NCBI RefSeq assembly: GCF_009914755.1 | Contig: NC_060925.1 | Reading direction: 5' to 3' (one strand) | Source: the human T2T-CHM13v2.0 reference genome, Homo sapiens | DNA length: 64,000 bases | Shown here: positions 57,858 through 64,000 of the stretch, one piece after another | How positions within the stretch are numbered: the stretch's first letter is position 1 | Layout of the letters: each line of letters starts with the position of its first letter | Position numbers and translations under genes: made by a program | The notes under the pieces: generated by a model | Seen by the model: only the letters and a program-made list of their open reading frames with translations | What the model was told of the DNA's origin: nothing | Databases searched by the model: none

Positions 57858-58424
57858 GTATTCAATATTTAATTTTACTTAGCCTGACTGCCTTGCCCAT
57901 GCTCCTAGCAAGGCAGGGGTGAGGTTTAATTGTCCTACTAGAACAGGACACAGTAGGTGAGAGGTAAGTCCCCAAAGGAAGCCAGGCTTTCCCTCAGAAC
58001 CAACAAGCAAACAAGCAAAACCAACAAATGCCCACATGTAACTCCTATCTACTTTTCTCTCATCTGATGACTTTGCTTTATACTCTTGAAAATTTTCTCT
58101 CCACCAAATCACTGCCATTTGCATTCATCATCTTCTAAATCTTCTGTACCTATCACCTGGTACAATGGAAGACTTTCCCCCAAATGAACAAACACCAACC
58201 TTGTTTGTTTCATCTTTGTTTGGTGACTGTGGTTCCTCTTCTCCTTCAGGACATAACTCTTCCTCATTAGAGTTATCCACACCGGGTAGTGTCCTCCTCT
58301 CCTTCTCATCCTCTCTTCACTTGGCTCTAGTCTGGCTTCCATTTCCCCCACTCAATGAAGCTACTCCTCAAAGTTGCCGGTGACCTTTCATTTGGCAAAT
58401 GTGTCCAACAGACATTTTTACATG

Positions 58425-58755
58425 AAGAGATAAAAAGCAAGATGAATTTAGACCCTTATACACACCCCACGCAAAAAAATTAACTCAAAGTAGATCATGA
58501 ACTTTAAGTGCTAAACTATGAAACTTTTAGAAGAAAACATAGAAAATTTTCAAGATCTTGGGTTAAGCAAAGATGTCTTAGATATAACACCAAAAGCATG
58601 ATCCACAATAAGAAAAACATCAATCAATTGGATTTTTGAAATTCAAAACTTTTGTGCTTCAAAGACATTTTCAGAAAATGAAAAGATAAGCTATAGGTTG
58701 AGAGAAAATATTTGCAAATTACACATCCAATAAAGGACTTGTTTCCAGAATACTT
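58425..58755 (+). mobile_element. L1M ORF2-derived fragment
   Basis: aaaattaactcaaagtagatcat...aaactatgaaacttttagaagaaaacatag...gagaaaatatttgcaaatt...aaaggacttgtttccagaata. Confidence 0.8.
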
Positions 58756-59500
58756 ACAAGGGTAGGAACTTTTCTTGTTCATTGCTGTATCCTAAGCATC
58801 TCTTGTAGCTCTATTGAGCATCTAGAAGGTACTCGATAAATATTTCCTGGATAATTATAGCATTAATATAGTTTGGAGAATACTCTGTTAGGATTCTTAA
58901 TGACGTCTAAGGAGGAGAGAAAACAATCTTGAAAATTTGTAGAATGTTTTTGAAGCATTTGTACCTACTACATTTATTCCCTTTTCTGCTCTTGGTATCA
59001 TTGTATCCATGCCACAGTTAAGAAAACAAGGCCATGGAGGGATTAACTTTTTGCCTGTGGTCAAATGCTGTTACGTGGTAGAGCCAGAATCCAGATCTCG
59101 AATTTCTAATTCTACATTCAGTGCATCATGATTTCCACTGCTGTTGGGGAGATGTCTTCACTCCTGAGCTGATGATGCCTGGAACTGGTGCCTTCTCACC
59201 TTTCCTTCAGCAGTGTGAAATGCCCAGATCTCAAGCTTGTGGGCCATTTTCCCAGACCCTCCTTCCTGATGATCTGATGGCAGACACACTTGTCTGATCC
59301 ATAAGAGCATGTCATGTGGTAACTCAGGACTGTTTTCACCGTGTTTGTTCTGAGGAGTTTGTCCTCCCAGGGCTTGTTTTCTACTTTTCTATCAGACCTT
59401 GGTATTTCACAAAACGTGTTTGACTGCCAACTGGGATCATGCTAGTCTAAGTGTCTAAGTTTATTTTCACTTCACTTCTCACTATGTTCCCGGCGTAGCT

Positions 59501-59805
59501 TTTTATTCTTTTTTTTTTTTTTTTTTTGAGATGGAGTCTCGCTCTGTTGCCTAGGCTGGAGTGCAGTGGTGTGATCTCGACTCCAACAACCACCTCCTGG
59601 GTTCAAGCGATTGTCCTGCCTCAGTCTCCCAAATAGCTGGGACTACAGGTGCCCACCACTACACCCGGCTAATTTTTGTATTTTTAGTAGAGACGGGGTT
59701 TCACCATGTTGGCCAGGCTGTTCTTGAACTCCTGACCTCAGGTGATACACCCGCCTCGGCCTCCCAAAGTGCTGGGATTACAGGCATGAACCACCATGCC
59801 TGGCC
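59501..59805 (-). mobile_element. AluS
   Basis: Full-length; TSD ctttttattctt. Confidence 0.94.
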
Positions 59806-61945
59806 CAACTTTTTATTCTTGACTGTGAGCAGGTTGAGACGTAGGTTAACAGATGGAGCTGAAGATGGTATGATATGGTGCCAGTTACTATGTGATGTCA
59901 TCAGGAAGCCTATTCTAAGAATTGTGCCTCAGGCATCCTTAGAAAATAAAGATGTTGCTTGAGACTGAGAGGAGGGCAGCATTGGGACACTTTGAACAAA
60001 AAGCTGGGGTCTAGGGGGCCTGGTCGATCAGCCTCAGCTCTGCTGTTTGTTGTATTTCAATTATTTCATATTCCTTATTCTCTGCTTCCGAATTAGTCAA
60101 GTGAGGAGGAGGTTAGGGCAGATACACTTTCAGGTCTTGTCTGCTCTCCAAAATTGGGTTAGGTAGGCCAGCTGAACTAATCAGGGCTTCTTGAGTCTAG
60201 GTATAAACTTTATCACCCTAGCGATGTGCTTTGGTTTTTGCCCCCAGCTGTGCAAATTAGTTCTCAAACTTCCCAGACAGGAATGTAAAGGCTGAACTCA
60301 GGCAGCCTATTAATAGGCTAAACAAGCGTAGTGATAAAAGACTGAAGATTGCAAATGGGAGAGGTGGAGGCAAGGATTGACAGCTAAATTTTGGTACATT
60401 GTCTACATGCTGCCCTGCCTGTGTCATGCTAAGTGGCCATGACAACAGTGGTTCTAAAACATACCTCAGTTGTATGGTATTTGCCACTCCTGGCCATAGT
60501 CTGTTGCTGTTTTTATCCCTAGCTTCCACCCAGCCGAGATTAGTCTGGGAGGAAGGACAGTACCCCAAAGGGCAGGCAGCCTGTTAGAGCAGAACAAGTC
60601 CTGGAACTGGCCATGGGTTCTGGTCTGAGTTCTGCCATGGACATGGTGTGTGGGCCCCACCCCTCCTCCGTCAAAGAAGCAGTTCTAAGCTAGGTGATAT
60701 ACAAACCTCTGTGCTCTGTGAGTAAGCATATGGGCAGCACCACTTTGTCAGGCCCAACAAGCCTAATTTTGATGCACTGTGAGGCTCTAATGAGTACAGC
60801 AGTCATAATCATCATAAATAAACTGCCAGGGCTGCCCTGGATGTGTTAGCCCGGGCACAGTCTACTAATTTGCTGATGGTAATCAGACAGGAGCTGCTGC
60901 TGTGGGAGGGAGCATTCATACTTAGAGATGCTGCCTGAAAGTGCCTGAAACACGAACTTGGAAACTTGAGGCTTAAAGGAATCTTAAAGGTCATCCATTC
61001 CAGTTTTTTTATCTCAAGCTGAAATCTGCCTCCCCATGGCTGCTATCAGTTGATGTGCAGACAGCAAAACTTGCATATCATACACACAAGATTTTCTGTT
61101 TTTAATTTCTGGAAGGAGCTAAGAATAATATGTACAGGATCCGTGTTCCTTATGTCTCCTCATGAGGAAACCCTGGTTTTCTGTGGGCTGGTTAGTTGTG
61201 AGACTATTTCCTTAAAAGGTGATAAGAATGATTGTGCTATAGTTTGATCACTATCTTATTTCAGAAGAGAACCCCTATTTTTATCTGTGGGTATTTATTT
61301 TATGTACTTACATAAAATAATCAGTGTATTAAATAACTACTTTTTAGCCTCTTCTATGTGCAGTGTATGATGCTAAGTGCCAGAGCAGACAGAAGCATTG
61401 GTACCTTATTACAGGCCTATCATTCACACATTGCTTCACTCAACGACATTTATTGCTTTCCGGAAGGCTCTGGTTCTTGCCCTTATGAAGTTTTTGGTCT
61501 GTTGTGGGAGAGAATGATTGATTAGTTATCAGTCACACTGCATTGAAATTATTGTTGACTTTGCCATCCCTTTAGGCTCTATTCTCCCTGAAGCAGAGGT
61601 TATGTGCTGTGCATTACTGAATTTCCAGTATCTAGCACAGAATGGGCACATAGTAAATATTTGTTAAATGAGTCTGTGGTTGAATATATGAAGGAAAAAG
61701 CACAGACATTGGTGTCTGCTCTGAGCTAGATCCTGATTCAGCATTTACTAGTCATGAGACTGGGAATAAAGACACAAGCCTTTATAAAATAGGACCTATT
61801 TCACAGGGTTGTGGTGAAGATTAAAAATTGAGAATATACAGAGTGCTTAGCCCAGTGTTTGGCATATACTTCTAAGAAAACAATGTGTATTCTTTTCCTA
61901 CTGTAGCTCCTTAAGGTGCTTTTTCCATCTGTATACAAAAACTAA

Positions 61946-62266
<321 letters not shown>

Positions 62267-62399
62267 ATGAGAATATATTTCTAGAGTTCATTGCATTGCT
62301 AGTGTTTTGAAATTAAAGATGGCCCTACAAGGGAGGCCCCACCCCTGAACTCTTTGGAAGGAACATGAGTTAGGTTTACCATGGTAAAGAGGAAATCCA

Positions 62400-62885
<486 letters not shown>

Positions 62886-63651
62886 ATAATGATAATAGAA
62901 GAATGAACTCATGATTCTGAAGAAGCTGCAAAAGCCCGCAAATTCTGGTAACATGAAACTAGACCTCTGGTTGGGTAGACCACAGTTTTCTTTTGGATAG
63001 AGTCACTTTCTCATATGATACTTAATAAAATTATTAAGTAATGATGAAATAACATTTTTAAAATATCACATAAATTTAAATAACAGTTTATAGTTTTAAA
63101 TATGTTTGGTTTATTTTTTTCTAATGGGAACAGGATGAAAGGCATATACATTCTTTAAGCCAAACCTTTAGCGTCGTATCAAATATGTTGCCTGACTTAT
63201 TGGTGGTGGAGTTGGTAAGATTAAGATAATGGCTCTTATGAAGAGCAGCTTTATGAACCACTTCATTCTTCCAGCCAGTAAGATAGCTATCACTGGTTTT
63301 ATCATGTGGTCTTGATTTTCATTTTATATATGTTCACTCATTTACAGCTCAAAAACAAAATATATGAGGAAAAACTAATCCGAGTTATAGAAATTAGATT
63401 CTGATTTTAGGATGCACTGTTAATTTCTCTCTATACACAAAAAACATGAACTTGTTTGCTTTTCTTTTGCAAGGAGTGTGCTTTTTATCTTTCATTTTTA
63501 AAATGTTGAAATAATCTTAAACTCACAAACATTAGAAGCACAGTACCTATGTAACATTTTCCCCCTGAATTATTTGAGATTAGGTTGTGGACATGAAGCA
63601 TCATCACTCTGAGTACTTCAGCGTATGCTTCTAAGGACACTTTCCTATGTA

Positions 63652-63735
63652 CTAGGTTGGTGCAAAAGTAATTGTGGGTTTTGTCATTACTGTCAATGGC
63701 AAAGACCACATGCAATTACTTTTGCACCAACTGAA
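63652..63735. mobile_element. MADE1 (Hsmar1 mariner MITE)
   Basis: TA + taggttggtgcaaaagtaattg...caattacttttgcaccaac + TA; ~80-bp palindromic element. Confidence 0.93.
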
Positions 63736-63748
63736 TAACTGCAATATG

Positions 63749-63984
63749 CAGATTGAATATCCCTTACTTGAAATGCTGGGGACCAGAAATCAGTGTTTTG
63801 GATTTCGAGCTTTACAGATTTTGGAATATTTGCAATTATACTAGTTGAGCATCTCAAATTTAAAAATCCAAAATCTGAAGGTGCTCTCATGAGCATTTTT
63901 ATGAGTGTCTCATTGGTGCTCAAAAAGTTTTAGATTTTGGAGCATTTCAGATTTCAGATTTTTGGATTTGGGATACTCAGCCCT
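63749..63984. mobile_element. Tigger4a/MER46 (Zombi) DNA transposon
   Basis: cagattgaatatccctta...gggaccagaa...aaaagttttagattttggagcatttcagatttcagatttttggatttgggatactcagcc. Confidence 0.85.
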
Positions 63985-64000
63985 CTAATAACAAAACTCA

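Overview
Primate, almost certainly human, genomic DNA from inside the HHAT (hedgehog acyltransferase, MBOAT family) gene, transcribed on the + strand. Only one real coding exon is present: 19155-19305, 151 nt, encoding GGLALAQVLFFYVKYLVLFGVPALLMRLDGLTPPALPRCVSTMFSFTGMWR. The rest is intron, with more than 19 kb upstream and more than 44 kb downstream. About 1.4 kb upstream of the exon, antisense, lies a decayed processed pseudogene of BPNT2/IMPAD1. About 1.2 kb downstream is a young-looking 24-bp minisatellite (TTGCAAGGAATTGCAAGGAATGAA)x8 plus a degenerate tail, bordered by a template-switch-like inverted-repeat scar. The introns are dense with interspersed repeats: about 22 Alu elements or fragments, L1/L2/MIR fragments, THE1/MLT/MER4/MER34 solo LTRs, and DNA transposons (MER85, MADE1, MER82, Tigger4a, MER5A). 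All other listed ORFs appear to be repeat-derived or chance ORFs. I see no strong evidence for a new gene system. The best leads are the MCAT/TEAD-motif VNTR and its origin scar, two MITEs carrying sites for domesticated transposase fusion proteins (CSB-PGBD3 and SETMAR), and several unusual retrotransposition scars. Gene and repeat-family identities come from recalled sequences, not from searches.
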